A stretch of DNA of 64,000 nt from Tubulanus polymorphus. Its lineage: Eukaryota > Animalia > Nemertea. Positions 13,743 to 28,308 of this stretch are shown one piece after another. A program made the translations under genes and the position numbers. The stretch lies in NCBI RefSeq assembly GCF_964204645.1, contig NC_134036.1, positions 2,356,001 to 2,420,000 on the forward strand. The letters are read 5' to 3'. Positions within the stretch are counted from its first letter, which is position 1. Every line of letters begins with the position of its first letter. Under the pieces are notes generated by a model that saw nothing but the letters and a program-made list of their open reading frames with translations, made no database searches and was not told where the DNA came from.

Positions 13743-16169
13743 TACCCTTACAATACTTGCACCTTTGACTAATATCAGCAACACTTGTATCTTTGACATT
13801 ATCAGCCCCATCGGCCATGCATCTATAATAATTCCTTCTCTTTTTTACCCCGAGTGTCAAAAGTTAACAAGCTTTTAAGACCGCATTAAACTCACACCTA
13901 CAGGTGCTCGACGCACTCGTCTGTCTGTCATACGACCCTAACGGCTACCCTAAATCCGTGAGATCTAAATTTAATAACCGAATTAAAATTACACCATCTC
14001 GTCGTATAATAGAGCACATCGGCTTTTTTACTCCGGGTGTAAATTTTACTCGAAGACTTTCACCAAGGTTCACCTTTAACGCGCGACCTAGCCGACGATC
14101 AAACTAAACTTCATTCGACGTAAAGGAGTGTGATTCGCGATGTCGCTAAATTTAATCTACGTCTAATCTCCATGAGAACAAGATTATTCGACAAATCTAA
14201 TTTCGACAAATAGCCACAAGCGATCGAGACCCCGATTCAGAGACAAGACACGCAGACGATTCCTCCCGTTTACGATGGTGGCAAGTGACTGATTCCGGTT
14301 CAAGTCAAATAGTAAAAGTCGAATGTGATAAATTAGTTTCGCGGTTTCTCCGAAACTTGAATGAATAGAATAATTTACGAGGGGTATTTACTTCCTGCGC
14401 GGGACACATCTCCAACGACCGAAATTAAATTCAGCCCTCTCTCGATTTAACGGGCGCGCATTGTTGCCGCTTTTGAAATCAAATGAACATGATTGTTGTG
14501 TCGTCGTCCTCGACAACGAGGGCGGCATAAATCGAACCGGCTTGTTCTGGAATTTACTTGACGCCAGTGATTGTGTTTGGAGAGTCGAGGATTTGTTCTC
14601 TGGCGAGAAATCGAATTGGTTTAAACCACGGTACGATCGAGGAGGAGCAGACGAGAGGATGAGGCCGTTATTTACTATCTGTGAATTATTGCAAATGGAG
14701 TTCAGGTCAATCAACTCAAAATGTCAAGAATTATTTTCTTCAATTTTTTAGGGAATCATCTTTAAATTTTTCATCAATTTCTTTCCTAATTGTTTCAGTC
14801 AAAATGTCAAGATATATTTTCTTCAGTGTTGAGGAAGTGTTTCTTTAAGATTTCCTCCCCGAGATCAAGATAATGATAATTATTATCAATCAAGATGGAT
14901 GGTTCTCATTTATGTTAAAGTGTGATCTATTGAGAATAACGATAAAAAAAGATTACGATCTACTAAAAACAAAAAAAGTAATTGCAGCAAGCTCTTGCAA
15001 CTTAAGTAAAAAAAAAACAACAATACAAGAAAGACGAAGAGCCCGATCCGATCAATTCACCTCCTTAAAGCGATCAGTAGACGTGCAGACGACCCTCTCT
15101 AATGCGCCGTTGATGTAGTCGGTATTATTGTTACAAGCAAATCAAGTCTTAGTCTTTTGTTTGCGAGACGAAATCCTCTTACACTTTTTATCCCTTACTC
15201 ACGAATAAGACTTAGTCATATACGTGTAGTATGTACATGTACCATAGGGCAGGTACTTTGTTGTTTTGAATTTCAAATGAATAATTCAGGCCGTTGAGCG
15301 TTGTTGTTGCCGTGGGTATCAACTGTACTCATTGTTATGAACTTGGCATTCGTATTATTTTTAATAATTAACTTAGGAATTTTCGGAGATGAATAATCTT
15401 AAAAAGATAATTTCAATTCATCTTTCAGTAAAGAAAGAGTTCCATAATCCCCACCACCTCGTCAGGGGATCATTACCGATTTGCGGATATTGTGAATTAC
15501 AAACACCCATCACGTTCAGAATTTCCTCAATAGATTCCGATCAAACCAAACAAATAATGGATACGCCATCGACACGATTTTTATTCGAAAACTTGTACCG
15601 GCAGTTTTTACATTTTTTTAACGATTCCAAACGCGGAGCGCATTACGCACAATTAAGCGTCCAATTTCCTGTGGAAATAATTTCCTATTCCCCGAAGAAA
15701 ACCGATCTGTTCACTGGGGGGAAAAATGGGAGAATGGGGGATAAAATGTTCGTCGGTCGCCTCGCCAACGCGCGCACGGTGTCGTATTGTTGTAGTATTC
15801 GAACTGGTAACGACGGGCGACGAGCGTCAATAATCGAAATCGTTATCAACCGACGCGCGCGATCCAGTTTGAAAATTGATCCCGAAGTTAATTATTTTCT
15901 CTATTATGGGTGAAAAAAGATCGAGACGACCGCCGAGAGAGCGAAAAGTGAATTATCGCCAGACGATACCTGATGGTGAAGACACGTCGAGTAATTCTAG
16001 ATTAACGGGAACCTGAGATCGAGAAAGACGAGATCATATTCGATTTCTTCTTTTTTTAGGTTGGGCGACGCAACTATACGAGATCTAGCAACGCGAGAGA
16101 AATGAAGTTCTGAAAGTTTATGAGGAAAGATGTTGACTTTTTTACGGATTCCCTGTGAATATGACCCAG

Positions 16170-16277
16170 GACCCAGTTCCACAGTTGTGAGTTAGAGTTA
16201 ACTCTGAGTTAAAATTAGTTCATTTTCAATGAAATAGCTCAGAGTCAAATCTTAACTCAGATCTGTGGAACTGGCGC
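16170..16277. mobile_element. Palindromic MITE, family A
   Basis: TIR CCAGTTCCACAG/CTGTGGAACTGG, internal GAGTTAACTC symmetry, CAG on both flanks; second copy at 30980-31073. Confidence 0.8.
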
Positions 16278-18419
16278 CAGATTTTTAAGAGTGGGCTCGG
16301 AACGTTCGAACCAATCACTTTTTTCGCAGTGCGCTCTCCGGAAAATGGTCAATGGAAACATGAAAATGGTCCACAAGAGATTAAATATGGGGCCGCTGAG
16401 TAGAGGACGAAGGAAGTTCTTTTTTCGTTCGAGCCCATCCCGTTTCTCGCTGAGTGTCCATCGAAAAATTGTCAACGGAAAAAACTGGAAATGTTTACTT
16501 CCAAAAAGATTTTGACTCAAGATTGCATCAAAAAAAATGTCTCCTGATTTCCAAACCCACACTACTATATACAGCCCTGGCTTCTGGAAATAGGTTTCCA
16601 TTTTCATTCTAACCAGACGCACCATGCAGTAACGGTAAAAAGATTAGGACCCCATTCAGGAAAACGAGTATCGGACAGAATACTGAAATCGTGTTTTCAA
16701 TGCATGCACAATTCACCGGAATGTTTACGATGCGTCTCCACATTTTGTAAAGGACAATCGCGCGCATTAGTGAACGTCGCTATGTCACCGAAATGGAATA
16801 AATATTTACGCGCTCGGTCGGAATGGACGGACTGGACGGGAGGGATATCATCTGAGTTTTATAATCGCGTGTCGATCGAATTATCGGCGCTGACAATGAA
16901 CGTACAGACGGTAAGGGAACGTGTCATGAGGAATTCCGTGCACGCATTACAGCTTTCACTCGGGCAGACGACTCTGCTCGCTGTATCAGCTGACCAATTG
17001 TAACGCAGACGACTCTCGACCCCAGCTGACCGATTGTAGGCCCTACTCGACGAACTACAAGCCTGTGTAACTGTTTGTTGGGATGGATGGCTTCTGCATT
17101 ATGATGTTCTTAGAAAGCCGACTGAGAAATGATGCAAGGTGGGATTCGGTGAGATGTGAGGTTAAGGTTAGCGAGGAGAAGGGGGAGAGAAGAGGAGAGG
17201 TGGAACTGTCGGCAGTGAAAGAAGAAGTGATGGCGAAAAGTAAGATGAACGAGATGAGGTTGAGTAGAAAAAGATTAGTATCAGTAGTAGCGTCGTAGCA
17301 AGGAAGTTTATAAGTTGGAGTGACTGTTTCACTGATACCGATTGTAAACGGACCACAGCAGCAGCAGCAGAAGCTACCGTAACCGACACGGAGACAGATA
17401 CGGATGCGTGTTCCGGGGGTATCAGAGATAATCACATTAAACTAATCGAATCAGACGCAGACACTGGACGCCGCAGACGCCGCAACGGCAGTATCCCTAT
17501 TTATTAGTACTTAAATCACTCTGTGACAAGGGGATCCCTATTGGGGATATCTCTGTCACGCGACAGACGAATGCTCATTGCGCACCCCAAGAGATTCGAG
17601 TACATGGACATGATGAGCAAATTTACTTGATAAAAATCAGGTAAAATGTTAAAGTTAGCTATGAGGAGAGGGAGGCATAATGTTGGAGGTAAAGAGCTTA
17701 CGACAGATGTTCTTGGTTGGGTCAATGGAAGGGGCGAAAACAGAGGCGGAGGGAAAGACAAAGGCTTTGAGGTGGAGTAAAAAATGTGAAACAAGCTTAT
17801 GATACACCGAGGTGAAGAGGTGAGGATGAACTTACAAAGATCGACTACGAAAATGCTGGAGATGTTTGAAATGGGAACAGTGACAGAGGATGTATAGAGT
17901 GAGGTGAGGTGGGATAAGGTCGTACCAGTTCAAGGGTGCAGATGGATAAGGTAGATAATGATGTATGGAGGGCTGACAAAATAAGATGCTAGATGAGAAA
18001 AATGATGAGTTGATAGATGTGGGAGAGGATGCGAGGAAAGATGGTTTGAAAAATGAAAGGGCAAATGAGTTGGTAGATGAAAATGAAAGTATGTTGGTAG
18101 TTGAGGGAGATGAGTTGGTAGATGAAAAAGATGAGGGAAAGAAGAGAGATGGCGAGGTGATATGCAGCATTGACTAGATGAAGGCAGACGTGATTCGACG
18201 GAATAATACATACAATATGAAAGTAAGATGAGTATTGATTATGTCATATTAGTTTAGGCAAATGTCGCTTGATGAGACGTAAAGTGTCGTCTGGCAGTAG
18301 ATGTTATTGTCATATCTACGATTAGAATGGGATTTGTGTAATAACAGTGACCTGTCCCAGCGCGCAGTATCGCAGCATAATGTCCGAAAAACCGACCGAG
18401 AAAGTTGGATGGCAGATTT

Positions 18420-18960
18420 GAAGTAGCTGGGATGAGTACCATAAACATGGAGAAAGTTAGAAGGAGGACCACAAACTCGAAGGAAGCTGGAATGAACACG
18501 ACAGTCTCTGGGGGAGCTGGAATGATACCACCGACTCGAAGGAAGCTAGATGATACGACAGACTCGAAGGAAGCTGGAATGATACCACCGACTCGAAGGA
18601 AGCTAGATGATACGACAAACTCGAAGGAAGCTGGAATGATAACACAGACTCGAAGGAAGCTGGAATGATTCGACAGACTCTGGGGAAGTTGGAATGAACA
18701 CCACAAACTCGAAGGAAGCTGGAATGATACCACCGACTCGAAGGAAGCTAGATGATACGACAGACTCGAAGGAAGCTGGAATGAACACGACAATCTCTGG
18801 GGGAGCTGATATGAACACCACAAACTCGAAGGATGCTGGAGAAGTACCATAAACTTGATGAATGCCAGAAGAAGGATCTCACACTCGAAGGAAGCTGAAA
18901 TAATTACCAGAGACTCTGGGGGAAGCTGAAAGAAGCGTCACCTCGAAGGGAGCGGGGATG
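18420..18960. repeat. ~30-bp minisatellite (ACTCGAAGGAAGCTGGAATGA core)
   Basis: More than 15 units with alternating variants. Confidence 0.95.
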
Positions 18961-19193
18961 ATTACCAGAAACTTTTAGAAAACTTGAAGGAAGGTTGGAG
19001 ACTCGGAGGAAATTTCAATAAATACCAGGCTGAAGGTTTGAAATTGGAATTTGGACCAAAGACTTTTAGGAGGTTGGAAGTAAGAAGCTCTCATTAAGTT
19101 GGCAGGCATTCACAGACTCACGACCGAGTTGACGACTCACTACGTACCAGTAAAGAGAATCAGTAGAGAACGCGCTAAACAGTAACATCAGAC

Positions 19194-19220
19194 CTGTTGT
19201 TTCGGGCTGCTATATTCAGT
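19194..19220 (-). CDS. Possible optional 27-nt cassette micro-exon (TEYSSPKQQ)
   Basis: T-run acceptor (...tttttag|ACT) and CAG|gtctga donor; phase 0-0 and frame-preserving, but the donor is weak. Confidence 0.2.
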
Positions 19221-22200
19221 CTAAAAAAAAACGTGTTATGATGAATTCTTCCGTTTACAGGCGAAATTACCCACTACAGATCCGTCATTAATTATCAGCG
19301 TGAATGAAAGGACAGACGATCGTGCTTCTGCAGACGATCAGGGCCAGCAGACTTCACGCCTGCTTCGCCAGAAATAATGACAATCAAAACGCAATTTCGT
19401 CCGTAAAGCCGCTGCGATAGAAAAAAATATACGCCAAACATAAAAAAAACCGCAGAGAAGGGATAGTCTACTCTGGAATAATAACTACCACCTCTGTTGG
19501 ATTAATAACCATTATTAATTACGTCATAATTACACCGTCGTATAGAGAAAATTAATCTTACGTCGTTGCCAGTATCTCTCGACGTCGACGACAACGTGAT
19601 GAAAAATTGTTTTTCTTTCTCTGCATCAGCGTTTGTAGCAGCGTCGTCGCGACGCTGCGTTCCGCTCATCAGAACGCTGCGTTCTCCCGTCGACAACGCG
19701 AAAACGTCGTCTACAACGCTACCGTCGCCCGAAGCGTTAGAATAATGATAGCGTTAGGCGTGATGTAATTACGGTAATTTAATTTCAATTTACATTGTCT
19801 ACAATATAACGCCGTCGTTACCTATCAACCGTTCGATCATCTCGTCGCGGTCGTGCTTGTTGTAAGAATGACGACGGTTATTTCAAAAATTCAAATAATA
19901 ACGGAAACGAGTCGACAGTTGAGAGTGATGATGGTAGCAGCAAAAGTTAAATTGCCTATCGACTTTTGATAGCGTCAAAAATTAAATTTCTTAAGAAATA
20001 ATTAATTTCTTAAGAAATTATTTCATCAAATCTTAAACTTCAATTTTTAATTAGACGAACAACAGGAAGTTGGTTCTATGAGGAATTCGATTGCCAGGGG
20101 CTAGTTCCATAACTGATTTGTAAAACTGTATCAGTTTTACAAATAAAGACCAGTCTAGCCTCTTTCCATCAAACTGTAGGGCATCAATCTTAGTTCACTA
20201 CGGCCCACATAAACTTGTACATGGGCATACCCAACAGGGATTGGACTGCGAAACCCCATTTTCTGGGCCATAGTTCACTTTTTGAGATAAATATGAAAAA
20301 AAAAATTTTCTTTTTTTATGTTACGCGGTCTACAACAAAATCTAGCAAATTCGGTATTTACGCCACAAGATCTAGCGAATTCGGACCCCTTTTAAAGAGA
20401 AATCTGTCGCCCAATTCTGGAAAAATCTCATCAAAGACCATATCGTACTATCTCGTGATATTTGAAACAATCTCATTCTGTTTGATATTTGATCTCACAC
20501 TGTTTGATAATATCACGTTCTATCTCGATTTATCACTGACCGAACTAGTTCTAAAAAATTCTCTCTTCGAAAATCGACCGATAGAAACTACACTGTCAAC
20601 GGAAAGAATAAAGCTATGATTTATAAACGAACCAATTAGAGCTCGTCACACTGTTCCGCCGTTTCGTTCTATACAAGAGACCCAGTATAGTAACGGAGGA
20701 TGATGAGAGAGGCTTTGAAGTTAACTCGCAACAGACGATCTCTCTTTCTATCTCTCTCGAGTCCTCAAGATCGGCAAAGAAACCGATTCACGAGAATCGA
20801 GGATCAGCACTAGCGATCAATATTATCGATCGGCTTGTATGCTATTCATTGTAACACACTGGTGTACGTTTACAAAAAAATATACCAACTCTCGGGTCAC
20901 CAGGGGGCGTTAAAAGTTGTAACGATGTTGAAGTCCTAGAAAATCTATTCGATTTCAAAGACTCAGAATTTACGAAAAGACATTTTTAATAGATTTACTT
21001 TGTTCTGATGGCAACAACTATCGTCTTTCGCTCGTGGCAGGTGTGGGATTGTAAGGAACACCAAATCAAAAACTAATCTACCAATCAAATAAATAAACAG
21101 AAACAGGTTTAATCCCGCTTAAATCTAGCCCCTATTCTACGAAAAATAGCTTAAGAGCCACAGACATCTCGACATTTTGAATTGAAGATCACTACGCGCT
21201 ACAATTAAAGCCGTTATCACGGTTTTTAATCTATTATTTTCAAAATTCAATTTCAAAGTGCAGATAATAATCGAAAAAGGGGGCACCTGCTGCGTGCACC
21301 AGATAAAATATCGATTATCAACACACGCGATAAGACCCGCCGATTGTTTCGATTTAATTGGATCGTAACACGGGCCAACCGTCGTCAACAGCGTTACCGA
21401 TGTCGATTGTTGGGCAAAGAAACTGTTTAAGACCTAATATGATATATTACGTAGATCTACGCAACGTCTTCGAAACATCGCAGGAGAATCCCTAATTAAT
21501 GAACTTCATGGACCGACATTTGCGGCGTCCAATTTGTTACTGACCTTGGAGGAAATAATATCGCCCAGCGAAATAGAAAAACTAGTTTAACGAATTTGAT
21601 AAATAGACGTTGTTGTCGCCAAAAGGTGATCGTTATTTTGAGTGCCTAAAACTAATCAAAGTTTAAACAAGAATATAAAGAGATTCAGAAGGATGTTCGC
21701 GCGCTAAGATTTAATGGCGGATGTTGTTTGAATAGCGATGAAGTCGTTAGGAACCTGTGCGCGCATGTCGATAGCTGATAGCACACAGCGCGCGCAGGTG
21801 CAGCAGTAACGGAGAGAGTTCAGGGACAGACGACAGCGAGCGGCACAAGGGATGAAAACAGAGGCTTTAAAATGGAAATGAAGTTGGGGAAAATTCAAAT
21901 CGAAAGATTTACGGCCATTAGATGAAGCGGAAGAGAGAAAAGTGATGAGAGAATGGGAGAGGGGGAGATTGGAGAAAGGGAGGGCGTGAGGTGAGAAGAT
22001 GGCGAGGAGAGAGAAGGGAGAGATTGGAGAAGAAGGATAGAAGCAGTAATGGAGAGAGGAGAAAAAGAATTGAGAAGGGGGGGGGAGAGGAGAGATGGGA
22101 CGAAGAGATTACGTAATTAATTATAAAATGTTGAATGTCTAAAGAAAATTAAAATTTTTTTGCAATTTGAATTAAGAATGTTGCGCAACAATGCCCGTCG

Positions 22201-23013
22201 TTTGAGCAAATATCTGGTTTCACTGGCAACGAGTGAAACTATAAACACGATCAGGAAATTAGGTTTTGATGATAGAATATTATGTAAATTAGGATGATTT
22301 AAACCTTATAGATATTAATGAATGGGGCTAACCAAATTTCGGGTGACTTCAGAAGGTATGGAATATTCTGTTTCAAGGCCATTTAGAAATATCATTCCAG
22401 TAGAAAAATCACTCAATTTCGACGATTCAGTAACCCTCCAACCCTCCAATTAAAAACTACTCAAGATCCTAAAATTTCCCCCCAAATTAAAACTCGACAA
22501 TCTCCTTTCCTCCCAATGACAGTCGGAAAGAAGCGTCTTCAAATTTTCCCCTTAACTAAAAACAGCCCGCAGGCGACCACAGCAACTATTAATAGACAAG
22601 TTAATAGCGGTAAATTGGCGAGAAGGATCCCGTTCGTCTGTCAAACCAACCGAACAGCTAAAAAAAGAGCCCCTGGCAGTAGAGTAATTAAGCCGGTATG
22701 CCCTTACGCTGTTAGCAGCGGTAGCAGTAGCAGTAGCCTGACGGGCAGACGGATGGATGGAACACAGATAACTCATGGCAAACTTCTAAACAAGAGAAAC
22801 ATTTTAGCAGACGACACTGAATCTGTTTCGAGTGGCGCGATATTTAGAATTCCGCCATGGGGATCGGTTTTACACGCAGAGTAATACCAAGTTTACTCTT
22901 GATTTAATCATTAACTTCGAGTCCTTGGAAAAGATTGCCAGAGTTTGAGGGGGGCAAATAACGCCTGGAAACATTATCAAAAGTGATATTATTATCATTT
23001 TCAAGAGAATCAG

Positions 23014-23148
23014 GGACTACTACAGTTGCTTAAAAGTTTGTTAGAGTAAAACCAGTGTTTAGTTGACATAATCACGATTAAAACTTCATTGTTACCATGG
23101 CATTTATCTCCCGCTTATCTTTAAACATCTTTTGAGCAACTGCAACCC
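23014..23148. mobile_element. MITE family C
   Basis: CAGTTGCTTAAAAG...CTTTTGAGCAACTG; internal similarity to 25602-25727; CAG on both flanks. Confidence 0.7.
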
Positions 23149-25601
23149 CAGGAATACTTAAATTTGCTATTGGCCGAACATATTTTAGAGCGAGGGGTTT
23201 CATATTCATCTGTCTTTATTGTTTAATATTGAATGCAACTAAAGTCCTTAAAAATTCTTTTTTTTCAGGTAATGCATTATTGAGGTTGAAGTATATATCA
23301 GTAATAATGGAACCTGGTTACATATTTATGTTGGGGCCTAGATAATCCCCCGAGATCATTTTCAAATATGTGCAATTGTTACAACGGTTTTTTCCATGGT
23401 TACACGGAGCCTTTACCGAAGTTCAGTATCTATCTACGAAAGATAACTTCACAAGAATCCGCGCCTACGTTTAGTGTTTTTCTTTGTCTACATGTATATT
23501 CTAATATTTCAAAGGGGAACAGTCTCTGGCAAGCAATCGTTGCGATGCAGACATACAAAACTCTCAACGGTAAATTCGTAATGAATTATTCAAAAAACGC
23601 GACAACAGACGAAACCGTTAGGAAACAAGATGAAAATGCTAACGGTAAAAACTGTTGGCGTTCTATTTTAAGGCGAAAGGTCGCGACGACGTCTTTTTAG
23701 TTTTTGCTGATCGACTTTTGGTGTTCTCATAACGAATGGCGAAACTTTATCAAAGATGACATACGGGTCTAAACTTATCAACTGATAAGAACAGATAAGA
23801 TCGGCGAAAACTGGTAAGAATAAAGGGAAAAAAAACTTCCGGTAACATGAAGCTTGTCTGATAAACGAGGAGTTCAAATAAAGGTCTGAAAGTAAATCCC
23901 GAGTCTGTTTTACGTTTGAAACTGGATCCGCGATTTGTTTTTATTTACATCTGTTTGTGAAATTTACACCTCGTTCCAGCATGTTATAGGCCTAAACAGA
24001 AATATATTTCGGGAAACAGACGATAAACGTGTAGACTTATTCCTGCATTCCGTGCTTTATTGCCACTTTGCCATATCTTTTCTACTTACTTGATTTACAC
24101 CCAAAACCAACCCAACAATGCGGGAACTTACTTTCAAAAAGTAGTCGTTATAGCGATAGGTTTAACGGTATTTCATTGTTGATCGGTCGTTAGGAGACGA
24201 GATACTGGAATACGGTCTGTTGGGGGTAATGTTCTAAAAGCTGGAATGCTGAGATTTGTGTAAAGAGAAATGGTCCCCGAAGTAAAACGAAAGAGGTAAC
24301 AAATTTGTAGTTCTAGAGTTCGTCGGCCGCTCGGGACGCGCGTGTCCAGAGTTTTAATGAGTGTCAATAAAGAAGCGACCGATAGAGAGAGGAGAGAGAA
24401 GAGAAGAGTGGAGAGTGTGGAGAGAAGAGAGTGAAGAGAGAGGAACTTGAGTAAAATACATAATGATTTTTTTGTGGGCTTCTCCAGTGTTGCCATTTAC
24501 AGACAGATTGCCTGAGCAGAGAGTCAATTACGTCAACGGCGGCAATGCCTCTTTTAACCAGCGGACAAACGCCGCATTTCCATCTATAAAGTACAAGAGA
24601 CCTAGAACATTAGGGTGACCTTCACATTCGGCCTGAAATATCCAAGGCTTCCTGCGTGGGAAAAGGCTTTACTGGGGATTATGGATTGCCTTTGATATTT
24701 CCTATGGAAACTGTAGTTAGAATTCTCGGAGATCTTTCGCCAAAAAGAATTGAATAGTGACTGATTCAGCTCAGGATCAGACTTTGAAGGAAACTACCCG
24801 TTTTCATATAGACTGATTGGGTATAAATATTACCCGTATCGTAAAATCCTTAACATTTCCCCGGTTTTATGGACAGGGTATGAAAGGTAGCCCTAGGTAT
24901 TAAATTCCAACCTTAGGGTGACTAACTACATAGTAACAATGAGATTAAACCATGGTAATAACGGACAAAATTTCAAAATATTTCCAGGAATTTTTTCGCG
25001 GGAACTCAGATCAAAGAAAGAATTCAGTTTCTAGTAAGAGGCCTAAATTGCGAGGGATGTTGCTATAACTGCTGTTGTAATACAGGAAAACATTTGGCCG
25101 GTTTATAGATATCGGTTCGAAAGGCGAGAAAGCGAGAGGGGGTGGGAGAGGGTATCGGTCGGGGGAATAGGAGTACGAGGGGTTTGTTCAGGTAATCAAT
25201 ATACACTCACGTACGGCTAGTCATAATACCGGCTTTATCGATCGATACATTCCTGTATACCACAGCGAAAAGAGCGTCCGTCTCATTATAAAAAAATAGT
25301 TTAACTTTCTTCTGTTCAGAAGTGAACGTTTCTATTACGATAATCCAAGTTTAAATTTAACTGTTGGCGTAAAGTGTATAGTAGTGTATTTATTTACGCG
25401 CGGGAGTAGTAGTAAAATCTCTGATATCAGCTCGCCGGTGAAGGTGTGAATACTTTATATCTACACACCAGCAGCAGCAGACGATTGGAATCACTCCGTT
25501 AAACCTATGTTTGATTGCTGTAGAATATCGGAATGTCAGAAAAACCTCCCCCGACACCAGAGATACACGTGTTTCGGTTGCTATAGTATCGGAACAGACA
25601 G

Positions 25602-25727
25602 GGCCTGTTGCTCAAAAGTTGGTTAGAGTTAACCAGCAGATAGTTGGCATAGTGACAATTGAAAGTACAATGTTACTATGGTATTTATCCGCCAGTTATC
25701 TTTGACCATCTTTTGAGCAACAGGCTC
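25602..25727. mobile_element. MITE family C
   Basis: TIR GCCTGTTGCTCAAAAG/CTTTTGAGCAACAGGC; relatives at 23014-23148, 7250-7358 and 32833-32928. Confidence 0.8.
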
Positions 25728-26674
25728 CTGGTCTATATCTAAGGTAACTGTGGAACTGCGTGGAACCAGTATATCCTGACCTCCGCAGTGGGTCAGTACG
25801 CGGTATATCGGTAAGCCTGGTTGCAAGTGGTGTGTCGAACTGGGATGGAATCATGGTGGATATGTACCGACCCCTTCTTCAAAGGAAAAATCTCAATTTG
25901 CAAACGAGACGCGATATCAACATCTCAACGAGTCGAGAGAACGATATATCATCACTTTGAGATCGATATATCTGGGAGAATGAATGAGTGCTGAGAATGC
26001 GTATAAGCTTGATTTGACAAATCTGTCGCGTTACAAGACGTCCTTGAGAAAATTCGGTTTAGAGAATTATACGGTATTAAAGACACTTCAACTGTATGCG
26101 TGCGATGTTCAGTAATTGGCGGGGGTACTATATCAACTCAAATTGTGATATCTCACATTTATAGATACATATCAGTAAAGTTGTATTCCAGTTGTCGGAA
26201 ACAGTTCTCCTTGACTTTGGAAAAATGACGCAAAGTTCACTTTTATCGACCGGTTTTAATTTGAACCCATCAAACCTTTGAGATGGTTGGTTTATAGACC
26301 AGATTTAACTTCATCCTTGCTGGGACTGGTTTTAACTTAAACCAGGCAGGTTTTATAGACCAGATTTAATTTGAACCACACAGGGACAAGTTTTTTGAAC
26401 AAGTTTTATGTGATGCCATTCCACTTCATCGTTTGTTTGCCCTTTTTACTTATTCGTGATTGAAAATGCTTGACAAAGACGAGTTTGGATGTGGGGCCAG
26501 TTTTCACAAATAAGTCAGAAAAAAAATCTAATTTGAAAAAAAAAACTAAAATCGCTCATGAATTTTACATATTTGAATTGAATTGGTACGAAAATATTAA
26601 GGCCTACAATGAATGAATTATTGAATATAAAATAAAACTTAAAAAATGAATAAATGAATAGTTAATATTCCTAC

Positions 26675-26700
26675 CTTCGCTGTTCGTTCGACTTGTTTTT
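26675..26700 (-). CDS. Candidate 26-nt coding micro-exon (EKQVERTAK)
   Basis: ttctaatttgtctaatttcag|AAAAAC...GCGAAG|gtagga with CTAAT branch-like motifs; phase 1 to 0. Confidence 0.45.
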
Positions 26701-27824
26701 CTGAAATTAGACAAATTAGAAACACATTTTGAGAAAAGTTATGACAATATTTAATGAAAAGGTTTTTTCACAATATAGTTTGTTCAATGTTCAGAGAAAA
26801 CACATTTCATCCGAACAGGCAGCCATTTAATCATCACGCTTTAAAACTGTTTACAATATCAAATCCGTGTTTAAATAAACAGTTTAGAAAATGAAATCCC
26901 TGTAAATTGTCGGGGCCAAAGGAATATTCTATGACAATGTCAATCCCACACGTGTTTCATTCTGTGCGTTTGGTAGAAAATCTTCCAAATCTTGATAAAT
27001 ATCAAAAAGATGATTTATTCATCCCGTGGATTTACAAACACTCTCCCTCACACACACGCAAACACACAACACCTGCGCCGATTCGGAGAAAGCTGAATAT
27101 TGCGCTTTTAAGTGATAACATAAAAACTGTTTATAGGAAATTTATTTCGTGGAATTCTGATCGAAAAAAAAGACACAATTCTTTGAGGACAGATCAATAA
27201 TTTGATCATCCAAGCAAGCAGGTCATAGGGGTTTAATGTAAAGGTCAATTTGATGATGTCATTGGGAGATTTGTGCAAGCGGCCATACGTTCCTGAAATG
27301 TCATACCACTACATCGTTTCCCCGATTCCCTGGGGCGATTTATGATGGAGAGACATAGATTTGTGAAGTTCTCAAAAGGGGCTCCGTCGCAATACATTGA
27401 AACGATGACGTCATAGGGGGATCTACGAAAACTTCCATGTTTCCTAAATTTGAATAGGACAATATATAAACTGCAACGGGTGAAAGTGAGGCTGAACAGA
27501 CGACAGACGACAGCCGTTACGCGTGTGTGACGTCATTACTTATCGTCATCGCCAAATTACCATCAGTCCAGTTATTGCCGTTCACGCTTAGTTACCGCGT
27601 TAGCAATAGCGTTAAATATCGGCGTTAATTTACAATTCAAATTACACCGGGATTATGAACTTAACCGTGATTTAACCGATGGTCATTGTAAACATGTTAT
27701 CATTATGGCAGACGTGTATGTAGCGTGGACGTCTGTCCGATATGTCTTAATGTGTGATGAAGACATCGCAATTTCACGGTATTAGCAACATCGATACCTA
27801 GGGCAGATGGAGAGCGACAATCTG

Positions 27825-27962
27825 GGCCCTGTTCCATAGTCCCGGCTTAGACTTAAGACCAATTTAAGACCATTTTAGTTCTATAGCCTATCTAACAACT
27901 CAAGACCAGTCTTAAAATTTAAGGTCATTTTTGGACTCAAGTCTCAAATGAGGAATTGGCCC
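27825..27962. mobile_element. MITE family B (CTTAAGACC-rich)
   Basis: GGCCCTGTTCC...GGAATTGGCCC with CTG on both sides; degenerate relatives at 11053-11107, 31206-31320 and 34853-35071. Confidence 0.7.
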
Positions 27963-28308
27963 CTGGGGTTTAGCGGACACAATTTACTCCTTGGAATAAA
28001 ATACAGCCTTTTAAATCTTGTATACGTCGCTAGACCTTACCGATAAACAGATGGGACGGTTGGAAAAAGCGGGGTTTGTTGGAAAAAAATATATCCCCAT
28101 TCTTGGAATAGACTTTTTTATAATTTCCAGGCAATGGGTTCTTGTAATCAGCAGAGAATGATAGCGGGTATTGTTAGCGAATTGAGTCGGGTTACCATAG
28201 AGCTTAACAGTCGCCACACCTGACTGGTCACACCTGACTGGTCACCAGTCAACTTCACCTGGCTGCTCGCCAGTCACCACGCTGACCAGCCAAACCAAAT
28301 AACACACT

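Noticed and set aside
14388-14751. Overlapping 108-aa (-) and 96-aa (+) ORFs with protein-like composition
   Set aside because: No recognisable domain, weak splice borders, phase does not fit the exon chain; contains the same motifs as non-coding patches. Not fully excluded without BLAST.
18254-18850. 198-aa and overlapping repetitive ORFs
   Set aside because: Arise from the 30-bp minisatellite; open on both strands; no splice or domain evidence
20116-20144. Perfect 13-bp inverted repeat with a 3-nt loop
   Set aside because: Adjacent to MITE-like terminal sequence; most likely a MITE remnant rather than a terminator
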